Shown: one piece after another, positions 28,510 through 40,514 of the stretch | How the letters are laid out: each line of letters begins with the position of its first letter | How positions within the stretch are numbered: the first letter of the stretch is position 1 | From: the human T2T-CHM13v2.0 reference genome, Homo sapiens | Length of the DNA: 64,000 nucleotides | Strand: one strand, 5' to 3' | Assembly: GCF_009914755.1 (NCBI RefSeq) | Contig: NC_060939.1 | Notes under the pieces: generated by a model | What the model saw: the letters and a program-made list of their open reading frames with translations, nothing else | What the model was told of the DNA's origin: nothing | Database searches by the model: none | Made by a program: the position numbers and the translations under genes

Positions 28510-30640
28510 TATTCAGAGTTGAGGTTTTTCTTCTACCCCCAGCTAATAAAATCGGGGGCTGCAACGAGGCTGAGCGGCACGCAGTTTGATGTCCGCAGCA
28601 GGATACAGGGAGTCAGAAGTGGCGCTGTAAATCCAATGCGGGGCTTCCACGCTGTGTGAAGTGTGGCCTGAGTCACAGAGATTTTCCTTTGATGCAAGTT
28701 CAGTATATTAATGGGAAAAGCATTCACTTTTATTTGTCTATACTGTCTGCGACAGCAAGGCTGCCTCATTTAGCCTGGGCCAACATGAAAATACACAGAG
28801 AAGCAATCTGTTGCAAATTAGCACAACCCTCCTTTCATTTACTAGCTAGTAATTGGAAGGGGTTAAGAAAGTGTAACTTATCAGATCATGTGAGCATATC
28901 TGCCTGTGTGGACAGCAAGCTTTCCCCGAATTTCCCTACGATCCCTGAGGCAAAAAGTCCTTCCCCTATGACCACTTCATCCGAAAGAAAACATCGACAG
29001 GTGTGAAATAGACACACTTTGATAGGTTTAAGAGTGCAGTTTCCTAGGCTCCTGAAGGAGGCATTAAAATCTTTTTTTGAACCTTACCTTTCTTTAGATA
29101 TGTTTTTACTCTCCCGTTTCCAAATTGTCTTGAAGTCACTGCAGAACTCATACCACACCATAAACACGTAGCTGGGTGTGATCTCCTTCTCACCAGACTT
29201 TGGCTTCATCCCAAAATATCGTACTGTTGTTTCAAAACTGCAACAGGTAGGGGGGAAAATGGAATGAGGTAGAGGTGAGAAATTGCCAACACTAAAATCC
29301 ATTAGAGGGGGGATGCTGGGGGCAGTTTCTCTTGTGTTTATTTTGTAACACAGAAGCTGGGGGATCATAGTTACTGAAGTTTATTGTAAACCTCAGAAAA
29401 TCTATTTGCTCAAACTGATTTGCCAAAAAATGGAACTTGATTGGGATGCTCCTGGGCACATCTTATCTGTATAAAATCAGCATGTATAATTTCTGGGGGT
29501 GTGTAGGTAAAACGTCTCGAGTTTGTTCTTCATCTCAAATCCCCGTCTCTTCCCTGCTCTTCATTTTATGTTTAGTGATTACATGCAAGGTGGATGACAC
29601 ACTGACTGCAGCATTAGCAGCGGTCAGTTCGATAGCTCATTGGGAATAATTAATCTGTCAAATGTTTCACAAAAAAGCAAGAAAATCCATTCTATCCTTT
29701 TTCGGGCATATACTGGCTTTGTAATCTTGGGTCAATCACTCAGCATCTTTGACTCTCAATTTTCTCAAGGGTAAAATAAGAGATGTAGATGATATGATCT
29801 TCAGGAGGGCTACCTTTTAAAGCTTAATATGATACAAGAATACAAACCACTGATGTACAAAAACAGATACAGTTGTAGGCATAGCAAGTTTTGGATGAAA
29901 AACCATTTCTGATCTTGGAAAAATGATCTCCAGTCTGGTCAGTAAAGAATCCCAATTTTCCAGAGTGGATTCCCAGATATCAGTAAGACCTATCCCAGCA
30001 AGGCTCACTGCACACCAGACTACCTGGGCCTCCCAAGCAGCCCTTCTTGGAGGCACTAGCTTTGCAGCAATTTACAGCTTTGAACTCAATCTTTCCCCCT
30101 CACCCCCACCTACCCCAAGCCTCACAAGCTCATTTGCCATGAGCAAGAACACTTAAATAAATGACCCCCTTTTCTAGGGTGTTGGAAACTAATCAAAGCA
30201 GGAATGGCTGGCCAGGTTTATTACTCAATGCTCTATCATCTGTTCAGACACAGTGGTTTTTTTTTTGTGTGTGGCCATCCTGAATACTGATTTTCTAATG
30301 GAACTCTATTCAATGGCGATTGTAAAACCCTGAAGCTCCGTTACTATTATGGAGCATACTTTCATCTCATTCTCGGTTATTGGGCAATATGTATCTCATA
30401 AGATTTTATCACATTTCACAGATGAACTGTTAATTGATTCCATGGGTACGATTAGGCGAGATCCAAGCTGGAGCTGCAGCTCTGAGTCCCATAAATTCTT
30501 TGTGCTTCTGTAAAGAATAAATCTGTTTTTAATGCAAATTAAAACTACTGGTCAGGGAATTTTGGCTCCCAGTTATTAAAAGACTGGAAATGTGTAAGTG
30601 GAGAAAGGCAATAACTGCAGTAATCTCTTAAGGGACTCTA
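28510..30640. promoter_or_regulatory. Candidate GREM1 limb-enhancer module spanning the 150-nt FMN1 exon (likely orthologue of mouse CRM2/GRS1)
   Basis: Two motif-dense unique blocks (28520-28990, 30190-30620) flank the exon. Mouse work places the main Grem1 enhancer at this exon. Orthology was not computed. Confidence 0.6.
29088..29237 (-). CDS. FMN1: Formin-1 coding exon (150 nt, third from last): (S)[49 protein letters not shown](R), end of FH2 domain
   Basis: Lies inside ORF-track entry 29084..29368(-). Acceptor ctacctgttgcag|T, donor GAAAG|gtaagg. The YFG...F...F..F pattern is typical of the FH2 C-terminus. Confidence 0.97.
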
Positions 30641-31768
30641 TTATAATTCCAAACATACATAATGTTGAGAAAAACCGGGAAGGGAAGAATGTGGCAATGT
30701 CCACTCTTGCCCCAGACATAACCCTTATTTCCATGGCAGTCCAAACACTGGTAAAACCAAATGTACACTCTATAGCATGTAACTTTATTTCACTCAAATG
30801 AAAATTATTTTGACTATAGCATGGGAATACATAAGTAGAGAGTTATATAACCTATAGGAACAGGCCATTCATTTCCTACAAAGTCACAGGACTTTAGAAT
30901 GGGAAGGAATTTACAGGATGACTTGCCCAAATTATCATTTTATAGGTGACAAAACAGAGACCTGGAAAGACTGTGTGGCATTATTCCCTGGTAGGGTTGG
31001 GCCTGGAATTCAGGTCCCCTGATTTTCTGTGAAATGCTCTGTCTGCTTTATCTTTCTGTTGCTCATGCTCAATAACACAGGCATTTAAGAGACAAAATAG
31101 TCGTTCTACCCCACCCTTTTCTACTTTAGACACAGGTGTCCTCCTCTGTATCACACATAACATGCATTACCCCAGGGAGGGCATGTGATTATTTTTTCTC
31201 TTTCTTATGCTTACCTTCTATACAGATACATATTTATTTGAGCATTCATGGGGAAGGGAAAGTCTTTCATTTCTAGTATTTAGAGGGACAACTTATCTTC
31301 TGATTTTCCAGCAAAATATAGTGAAGTCCAGTTATTGTGCTTCATGGAACACCTGACACCTCTGGCATCACCTGGAGTCTAGATTGTGAGATCAACATAT
31401 TGCAAATCCTGGTGCAGTTTCAGAGAATGTCAAGAGTGATTTGGTGGTTGTTGCACAGCCTGAGAAAAACACATCATCCTCCTGTGGGCCTCGATTTTCC
31501 CAACTCTAAACTGAAGCTAACCATTGCCCTCCTTGCCTCTCTCCCTGGGGATTTGTGAGGTACTGCTTGCTTACTCTCCCTGAAAGGGGGAGAAACACTA
31601 AAAAAAATACTAAATTTCAGCCTTTTTTTTCTTATGTGTTTTGGAAACTAAGAAAGCAAGTGAACCTCTTCAGAAGAACCAAAGTACACAGACTCCCAGA
31701 GGATGGCCTGGCTTTGGCACTCAGCAGCTTAGACAAAGATAAAGTCGCTTCAAGAATGTGCCTTATTT

Positions 31769-32101
31769 GGCCGGGCACAGTGGCTCACGCCTGTAATCCT
31801 AGCACTTTGGGAGGCCGAGGCGGGTGCATCACGAGGTCAGGAGATCGAGACCATCCTGGCTAACATGCTGAAACCCCATCTCTACTAAAAACAAAAACAA
31901 AAAAACAAAAACAAACAAACAAAAAAAAATTATTCAGGCGTGGTGGTAGGCACCTGCAGGCCCAGCCACTCAGGAAGCTGAGGCAGGAGAATGGCGTGAA
32001 CCTGGGAGGCAGAGCTTGCAGTGAGCCCAGACTGCGCCACTGCAATCCAGCCTGGGCGACAGAATGAGACTCCGTCTCAAAAAACAAACAAACAAACAAA
32101 A
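31769..32101 (+). mobile_element. AluY-like element with an expanded (AAAC)-rich middle linker
   Basis: Full dimer with TSD tgtgccttattt. Confidence 0.92.
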
Positions 32102-33868
32102 CCAGTGTGCCTTATTTGATTTCATTGTTATTCCACTGTTTAAGAAAATGCTAAAAGCTAGAATATGAACCTGCAATGGTTTGATAAGGCCTAGACTGTT
32201 GTCTTTCCTAGACAAAACTCCATTTTAAATTCAGTTTTGATTCACAGAGATTGACCACTGAAAATCTTTTGCAATTTGGACAAGAAAATTGTTGATATTT
32301 AACAACCAGGAGAATCTTCTCTAATATACAGGAAACAAAGGTCAATCATGCGATTTGAAATTTCTATTTGTTAGCAGATAGCTCTAAAATGGCTCTCAAA
32401 TTTTAGAAGATTGATTTCTAATCCTATGTTTGGTTTTATATAACTTTTTCATTTCATGCAAACTAGTCCCTGACCCCTTTTCTCTCTGCTATAATTCCCT
32501 GTCTGATTTGTATCTTTTTAATTCAGCCAAACATTTTTAAAGTACAGACAATGATTACATCAAAGAGCCTGTAGCGAAGTGAACTGTTTTACTTTTACAG
32601 TCCTGAGATCCAGAGCGGAACACATCCACTTATTGTCTTACATGCATGCCTTCAGAAACTGCTTAGGAAAAGCAAATATGCCTTAGCCTCAGAGTAAATT
32701 GTTTCTCTTGAGAATAAAACATAAGAATTCACTAATCTCACACAAATATTGCAACACTGACCACAACCTCCTTAAAGAGTATAACCAAACAACTGTGGTT
32801 TCTACATTAAAGATGGGATCTAACATATTTCATGTATGACATGAAAGCTAGACTACCTTCACCACAAAGCCACGGAAAACGCTGACAACCAGAATTTATG
32901 ACTCCCCTCCACAGAGCTAATGCACGGCAGCAGTTTCGGCCCCTCCACGCTGGGCCCCCTTTTCCTTCAGCAAGAATCCTGAAAAAGTATTAGAAATTTG
33001 ACATCTGCCCCAGAAGCTGAATTTCTGTTTGGCCTGACACCAACGTGCCCTTGTTGATAATCTCTTATGTGCTGGATGTTTCTATAACACAGACGTGCTA
33101 GTTTTATGCATTGTGAAGGGAAGCTTAACATAGGAATAAGGTCAATAGAGAGACACAAACTCCTAAAAACATAGCCATGGAATTATCTCAGTTTTGAATG
33201 ATTATTATGATAGGATGATAAGCACGATTTGAGAATATGTCTGTACTTAGCAAAGTGCAAGACTTGCCTTCACCTTGCTTTCACCAGCATTTTAATCTTA
33301 TTGGTAATTACAGTGGGAAGCAGGGCAAGATGTTGGCACCTGTGAAAGCAGGGCAGATGGCACCGTCTATGGGATTTCAGAAGTCTCGGAAATTGTGGCT
33401 AGACAGGAGGAAAATGGTTAATTTCTACAATCTGTTTATTTGCATTTAAATTCCTAACTGGGTAACTGTTCCTCTCACACATTTGTAAAGCTCATTTGTC
33501 CTTAGATGCTGTCTCCTACCTCTACCTGTCATCTAATTTACCAGTACTTTTAGAATTCGTACCAGCAAAATGTATCTCAAATTTCAGCCCTAAATATGAG
33601 AATACCGCTGTCTATTGCCACTCACTCTTCTATGAGGGAGGGAGAGCCACACTGACTAACCTGGTCAACTAACAAAAAGGAAAAAGCCCTAAGGGATGAG
33701 AACTGCTGATGATTAGGTTCCACTGGGTGGAGTGAATGGTTCCCATGTGATATCTATTGAGAGAGTGAGCGAGCAAGAAGATGCCTGAAGTGGGTGACAT
33801 GAATCTGAACAGAAGATCTCTGAGGTGTTCCCCAACTTCTGGGGGAAATTGTCCATACGCTGTATGGG

Positions 33869-33926
33869 CATATGGACAGCCCCTTCTCCCCACCTGAACA
33901 TATGGACAGCCCCTTCTCCCTACCTG
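33869..33926. repeat. 30-bp tandem duplication
   Basis: catatggacagccccttctccc(c/t)acctg occurs twice with period 30. Confidence 0.9.
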
Positions 33927-34274
33927 CCCCTTGTTTATAATATCCTCCTCTAGAAGCTGAGGAAAGACATAATAAGTCTCTTGGGTGTCTGCAATAATTA
34001 GTTTGATCTAGTTGTAATGCCAGGAAGGATCAAACTGTCCCTGACTTCCATCAAGCGGTTCAGGAGCAGAGCAATGCAGGACAGGCAAACAGGCAGAATA
34101 GTGTCATGACACGCATGTGAGGCAGGTGAGTCACTTCTGGATGATTCCTCACTTCCTGAGGAAAAATATTCCTAAGTCCTGCTACAGTGCTTTCACTCCA
34201 GCTTCCAAGTGAAGCTTATTGCTTATGGATGCATAGTCTTAACACATGGGGCCGAAAGTAGGGCTAGTCAAACC

Positions 34275-34505
34275 TTATGCTACAGGAAAGAAGTCAGTCA
34301 CACAAGGACAAATACTGGATGACCCCAATTGCATGAGGTAGCTAAAGTAGTCGAAGTCACAGAGACAGAAAGTAGAACGGTGGTTGCCTAGGGACAGGGG
34401 AGTGGGGAATGGGGAATTTGTGTTTAAAGGGTATAAAGTTTCAGTTGGGGAAGTAAAAATGTTTTGGAGATAGAACTGCATAGCAAAATGAATGCACTTC
34501 ATAAT
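34275..34505 (+). mobile_element. L1MA/MB 3'UTR fragment
   Basis: cagtcacacaaggacaaatactg...agagacagaaagtagaacggtggttgcctaggg...gggtataaagtttcagtt. Confidence 0.8.
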
Positions 34506-34564
34506 AATAATACAAAAGAATGGCTAGTCAAAGAAAGAACTGGGGCCAAATCAGAGCTGCTTAC

Positions 34565-34616
34565 CTTTTCTGTGCATTCTCCAAGTGACTTTCTTCCATC
34601 TTATGCTCTTTTTTGG
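34565..34616 (-). CDS. FMN1: Formin-1 coding exon (52 nt, fourth from last): (A)KKEHKMEESHLENAQK(S), FH2 domain
   Basis: Minus strand reads ttttacag|CC AAA AAA GAG CAT AAG ATG GAA GAA AGT CAC TTG GAG AAT GCA CAG AAA AG|gtaagc. Splice sites are canonical and the final AG joins the first T of the next exon to give Ser. Peptide recognised as FMN1. Confidence 0.95.
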
Positions 34617-34721
34617 CTGTAAAAGATAAATCATGATTAAAAATTTTTTCTTCTGTTGTCTCCTTTGCGTAATCTTACAGCTTCAATTACACCCATTCAT
34701 TACCACAGGAGGTCTGAATTC

Positions 34722-34738
34722 GGGGGGGGGGGGGGGGG
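34722..34738. repeat. G17 homopolymer
   Basis: 17 consecutive G. Confidence 0.95.
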
Positions 34739-34796
34739 TAGCCTCTAGCACATGTCCTGGCAATAACACTCAATTTGCTTTATTTGCTACCACTGC

Positions 34797-35856
34797 TTTT
34801 TTTTTTTTTTTAAATTATACTAAGTTCTAGGGTACATGTGCACTACGTGCAGGTTTGTTACATATGTATACATGTGCCATGTTGGTTTGCTGCACCCATC
34901 GACTCGTCATTTACATTAGGTATTTCTAATACTATCCCTCCCCCAGCCCCCCACCCCCCAACAGGCCCCAGTGTGTGATGTTCCCCACCCTGTGTCCATC
35001 TGTTCTCACTGTTCAACTCCCACCTATGAGTGAGAACATGCAGTGTTTGGTTTTCTGTCCTTGTGATAGTTTGCTGAGAATGATAGTTTCTGGCTTCATC
35101 CGTGTCCCTGCAAAGGGCATGAACTTACCCTTTTTTATGACTGCATAGTATTCCATGGTGTATATGTGCCACATTTTCTTAATCCAGTCTCTCATTGATG
35201 GACATTTGGCTTGGTTCCAAGTCTTTGCTATTGTGAATAGTGCCACAATAAATATACATGTGCATATATCTTTATAGTAGCATGATTTATAATCCTTTGG
35301 GTATATATCCAGTAATGGGATCACTGGGTCAAATGGTATTTCTAGTTCTAGATCCTTGAGGAATCACCACACTGTCTTCCACAATGGTTGAACTAATTTA
35401 CACTCCCAACAGTGTAAAAGCGTTCCTATTTCTCCACACCTTCTCCAGCATCTGTTGTTTCCTGACTTTTTAGTGATCGCCATTCTAACTGGAGTGAGAT
35501 GGTGTGTCATTGTGGTTTTGATTTGCATTTCTCTGATGACCAGTGATGATGAGCATTTTTTCATGTGTCTATTGGCTGCATAAATGTCTTCTTTTGAGAA
35601 GTGTCTGTTCATATCCTTTGCCCACTTTTCGATGGGGTTGTTTTTTTCTTGTAAATTTGTTTTTCTTTGTGGATTCTGGATATTAGCCCTTTGTCAGATG
35701 GGTAGATTGCAAAAATTTTCTCCCATTCTGTAGGTTGCCTGTTCACTCTGATGACAGTTTCTTCTGCTGTGCAGAAGCTCTTTAGTTTAATTAGATCCCA
35801 TTTATCTATTTTGGCTTTTGTTGCCATTGCTTTTGGTGTTTTAGTCATGAAGTCTT
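34797..35856 (-). mobile_element. 5'-truncated L1PA (L1PA7-like), ~1.06 kb
   Basis: Poly-T followed by the L1PA 3'UTR (gggtacatgtgcac...gtgcaggtttgttaca) and ORF2 C-terminal peptides in the ORF track ([44 protein letters not shown]). Confidence 0.95.
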
Positions 35857-36554
35857 GATAACAGACATAGCTAATAGTGGCCAAATAATTTATTGTTTCC
35901 TCTGGGATACTTTTGAGAGTAATGTTAATAATTACACCTAGGCAAAGACATAAATTAGGGAAATCTTGGGTAGATCACGACATGTGGTCCCTCTTGCACG
36001 TCTCATCATGTTCCCCCTTACTCTAAACATTATAAATCCAGTAGCATTTGCAGCAGTGCTGCTCAGAGTCATGGGAATCTTGCCGCATACTGCCTCCACA
36101 CCCACAGGCCCTTTTGGCAGTCTAGGGAAGCCCATGGACTCTTGTCAGAATAATGTTTTCATAAGGTTACTAAGAAAATCAGTGATACTAAGATACAATT
36201 CTGAATCCACAGGTTAAGAACCTATGTTCTTTCTATAGGATTATCAAGAGGTTTCATTTTGGGGTGGTTCTTTTATATATCCTTCTCTACAATCAGAAGA
36301 TATATTATTATATATGAAAATACCACTCTCACACTTTAAAATATCCAGAAAAATAGGAAAGTTGTTAACATAAGCTACAACATAAGTTGTTATGTTATTA
36401 TGTAACATGTTATTATGTAACATAAGCCTTCAGATTCCTTTAATTTAGGGCTACAATGATGTAAAATGAACGAAAATAAGTAAGTCTCGTATCTAGGATC
36501 TATGCTGTGATACTTCATGAAAGATAAGGGATTTTGAAACATCACCCTTTTATT

Positions 36555-36770
36555 AAACCTGGCCCTACCACTTACTATCTGTATGACTTTGGCAAGTTAG
36601 TTAAGACCAAATGCTTAGTTATTGCCTCATCTGTCCCATGAGAACAGCCATAGTGACCATTATCATACAGCTGCTGTAAAGATTTAATGAGATAATACAT
36701 GCAGAGTGCTTAGCACATAATGTGTGCTCAATATAGGCCATGGCAGGTATTAATACTACATTACCATAAT
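36555..36770 (+). mobile_element. MIR
   Basis: accacttactatctgtatgactttggcaagtta...atgagataatacatgcagagtgcttagcaca. Confidence 0.7.
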
Positions 36771-36789
36771 CTTCCTCATTGATTTTAAA

Positions 36790-37350
36790 ATGTAAAGGCT
36801 CCCCTGCTCAAAACCTTCCAATGGCTTGTCTTGCCATCAGCCTTGACATAGTATCTACAGTCTTCAAAATGCTCTAGAAGGCCCTGCACTTAAGTCGGCT
36901 CCCTGGCTGTTTGGTGGCATTACCTCCTCTTTCCCACACCCCTTCCTTTCCAGCTTCGCTGGCAGCTGCCTCTGGCTTGAGCGCACTGAGCGTGCACATT
37001 GGAGGATCTTTGCACTTGCTGTTCCTCCTCTCTGGAACACCCTGACCACAGTCTGCACGATGGGCTCCCTCACTGCATTGAGGTCTCAGCAGAAGTATCT
37101 CCTTCTCCAGCTTCCGTAAATAAAAGACCATCCCTTGCCACTCATCATCTTCCTACTACCCCTCCACACACACCCTCTACCCCTACCTTCCTTCCATAGC
37201 CTTCCCACAGCCTCTATCTACCTAACAGACTATTCCTTTCCTCATGTGTTTATCATGCAACAACTGAATGTAAGCTCTAGGAGGGCAGCAGCTTCACCTG
37301 GCTTGCTTTCTGCTGTAGCCTTAATTGTAGAAAACTGGCTATATGTTAAA
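36790..37350 (+). mobile_element. L2 3' fragment
   Basis: cccctgctcaaaaccttccaatggct...tttgcacttgctgttcc...gaatgtaagctctaggagggcag. Confidence 0.7.
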
Positions 37351-38779
37351 GCAATCATTTTAGCTTAAAAATGCATATATTGGATAAAGCTTGCTTAAAA
37401 AGAGATATACTGGCTTTCCTGAAAAAACTTTATATTTAGAATATGAACATAAGCTAAAGAAGATTGAGAGGCTAATGTTGTATACCATTATCTCTAAATG
37501 TAGTATATTTCAACTAGTAAAACTTATTTTGTTTTATATTAAAATGATTCAGCTTTCATAAGTGCATCATTTTAGGCAGACGGAAGCCATGGCCAGGGCC
37601 ATCTTTTGCTGTCTGATGTCCCCCCATACTCTTGGCAGGAATTTCTGTGAATTAGTCTGGTACTTAGCCAATCAGATACTGAGAAATGACCTGTGTCTCT
37701 CCTAGGTTATCAAGTTCCCCAAAATGTGAAACAAACTAGTGATCTGTTCTTCTCCAGTGATTTTAAGTTATGTGCATAGCCAAACAGGAGGAAAAATTCC
37801 TCTGAGGCCCGAGTGATCTTCTTGGACCAGCTCTGCTCTCTCAGCAGATGGTTTCTAACTGGCTACTTCCAAGCTGTGTGTGCTAAGCAGAGTGTGGCCA
37901 AGCCATAACTGTATATGAATTTAGTGACAAGAAATACCCTATTCAAACTGAATTGAGCATCAGGTAAGATTTTGCAATACCTCTGTGAATATGGTGATTT
38001 GGAGAAACAGAGTCTAAATGTAAAAAGAGGTATTATTAAGAGCCAATGCACACTGCAGAAAACTCTGAGGGTTTAGGGAAAAGGGCCTTCAGGAAAATGA
38101 GAAGAAATTAGAGATTTAAATGTTCCCTAATTTTGCCCTTGTACAGATACAAAAGGCATCTACCTTTATGGTGTGACTTGGAAGCTCTAACAGCATGAAA
38201 TATTTCTCCTACTTGAATGTGTAAAATTTTAAACCAGGCCATTACACATTTTAAGTCTTCAAGATGCTCTAAGCAAAACACAAATACATGACCTGGAAGA
38301 ACCATGTTTAAAGACTGGAGTCACAAACTCAAATTCTAATACCATCAACAAATAAGGTCACTGTGGGCCAAGTATAAGAATCCCGGTGTTCCAACGTTCT
38401 AGTTCTAGCTTTTCAATACGGGAACTATATATCATACAATTGCTCCACAAGAACAATTCTGAAGTTCATAGTTCCACAGCCTACCAAGTGAAGCAGAAAT
38501 GGCTTTCTATTCCATGGCTATGGGCCCAAGGAATGCAAATCAGAACTCATGATAACTAACTGCCAAGCTTTAACCCTAGCTGTGTCACCTGAGTGTCATG
38601 AGCCAATCACAGTGTCCTGTGTTTCAGTCTCCTGCTCTGTCAAATGGAGATGATGATACCTACCCTCCCACATAGTTGCAGCCAGTCTTTGCAGTCAGGT
38701 CTTTGACAGTTCAACGTCATGCCATGGCTGCTGGGGGTTCAAGCTTCCAGTGGGTTGGCTGTTTTGCCAGAGTTAAATG

Positions 38780-39020
38780 AAGTGTAGCATAGAGGAAAGA
38801 GCTTGGGTTTTGCACCAGGTGGACCTGGGTTTAATTTCTGCTCTGATACTTATTAACTGGGTGATCGTCAGAAAATCACTTAACTCCACTGAGCCTTATC
38901 CGTAAAATGGGAATAATAAGATCTACCTTGCAAAGTGCTTGTGACTATGAGATATACTGAACGTGTGAGATTAATCTAGTGACTGACATATGATGGGCAT
39001 TCCAGAATGGCAGCCATTTA
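38780..39020 (+). mobile_element. MIR
   Basis: gtgtagcatagaggaaagagc...gacctgggtttaatttctgctctg...gtaaaatgggaataata. Confidence 0.7.
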
Positions 39021-39950
39021 TTGTCTATTGGCTAGAAGCAAATGCTAGTAGTCACTACTCTAGCTTTCTGACTTTTTGGCATGGTTATCACAAAATTGCA
39101 CACAACATGCTTTCTTTAGAATGTTCATAACTGCTTTCAGTAGACAAGAATTTTGGTTGTTATCATTTATGCTCAAAACTTTAGTGTTTTTTTTTTTTTC
39201 ATTTCACTCACTGAGCTGATGTCCTTAGCATGGCCTGTAAAAGGCTTTTCTACAAAAGGGTGGTTCCCTATGTCTGACCTAAAGTCATTTTATTTGCTGT
39301 TTCAGCTCATTTTGTTTTATTTCATCCTCAGGAGAAAGAGAAAAACTTATTTATAATTTAACAAATAACTGGGAGTCATGGGGGTGGATGTGAGGGGAGA
39401 GGTACTTAATGATTACTCTCACCTGTTTTTTCCCCTTAATGACCATGGAGTTCTGTAATCTTTGACCTGATTAACTGGATCACTTCCCCAATACCAAATA
39501 AAAGACAATGATACAGGAGTCTTTTTTTGAGAGGTTAAGTTTTCTGAGAGCTAAGATTCCTTCCTTAACCTCTAGGCTCTATATGGTGACCTGTAACAGG
39601 TTCCCCTCATTGCACAGTAAATTCAATTCTCTTTGTTGCCACCAAAACTGCCATTTTAGAAGGCAAAGTGAACTATGCCCCTTTTCTGCTTAATGTTCTC
39701 ACTGGTTCCCCCTCTGAAGACAAAGTGCATTTGCAGTTCACAGTGTGCCCCTCACACCTGCCTCCTGCCATCCCCATACTATCATCCCCAGAGCTCCTGC
39801 TGCGTGGGACTCATGGCTGGTCTCTGGACTCAACTTGCTGCATGGTGTCTTTATTTTTGGGCACTTTGCTCCTTCTGTTTCTAATGCCTTCTCTTCCTTG
39901 CCCTTCTCCCTTCTCCTACCCTTCTGTTTGAATGTCTTCTCTTTCTTTGA

Positions 39951-40514
<564 letters not shown>

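Noticed and set aside
29238-29368. N-terminal extension of ORF 29084..29368 as an alternative start
   Set aside because: It is read-through of the intronic polypyrimidine tract. A canonical acceptor at 29238-29239 explains the real boundary.
33347-33364. CTCF-like GCAGATGGCAC
   Set aside because: The first three core positions mismatch; cannot be supported without ChIP data.
35013-35884. ORFs resembling a reverse-transcriptase protein C-terminus
   Set aside because: These are frameshifted ORF2 remnants of a truncated L1PA, not a functional gene.
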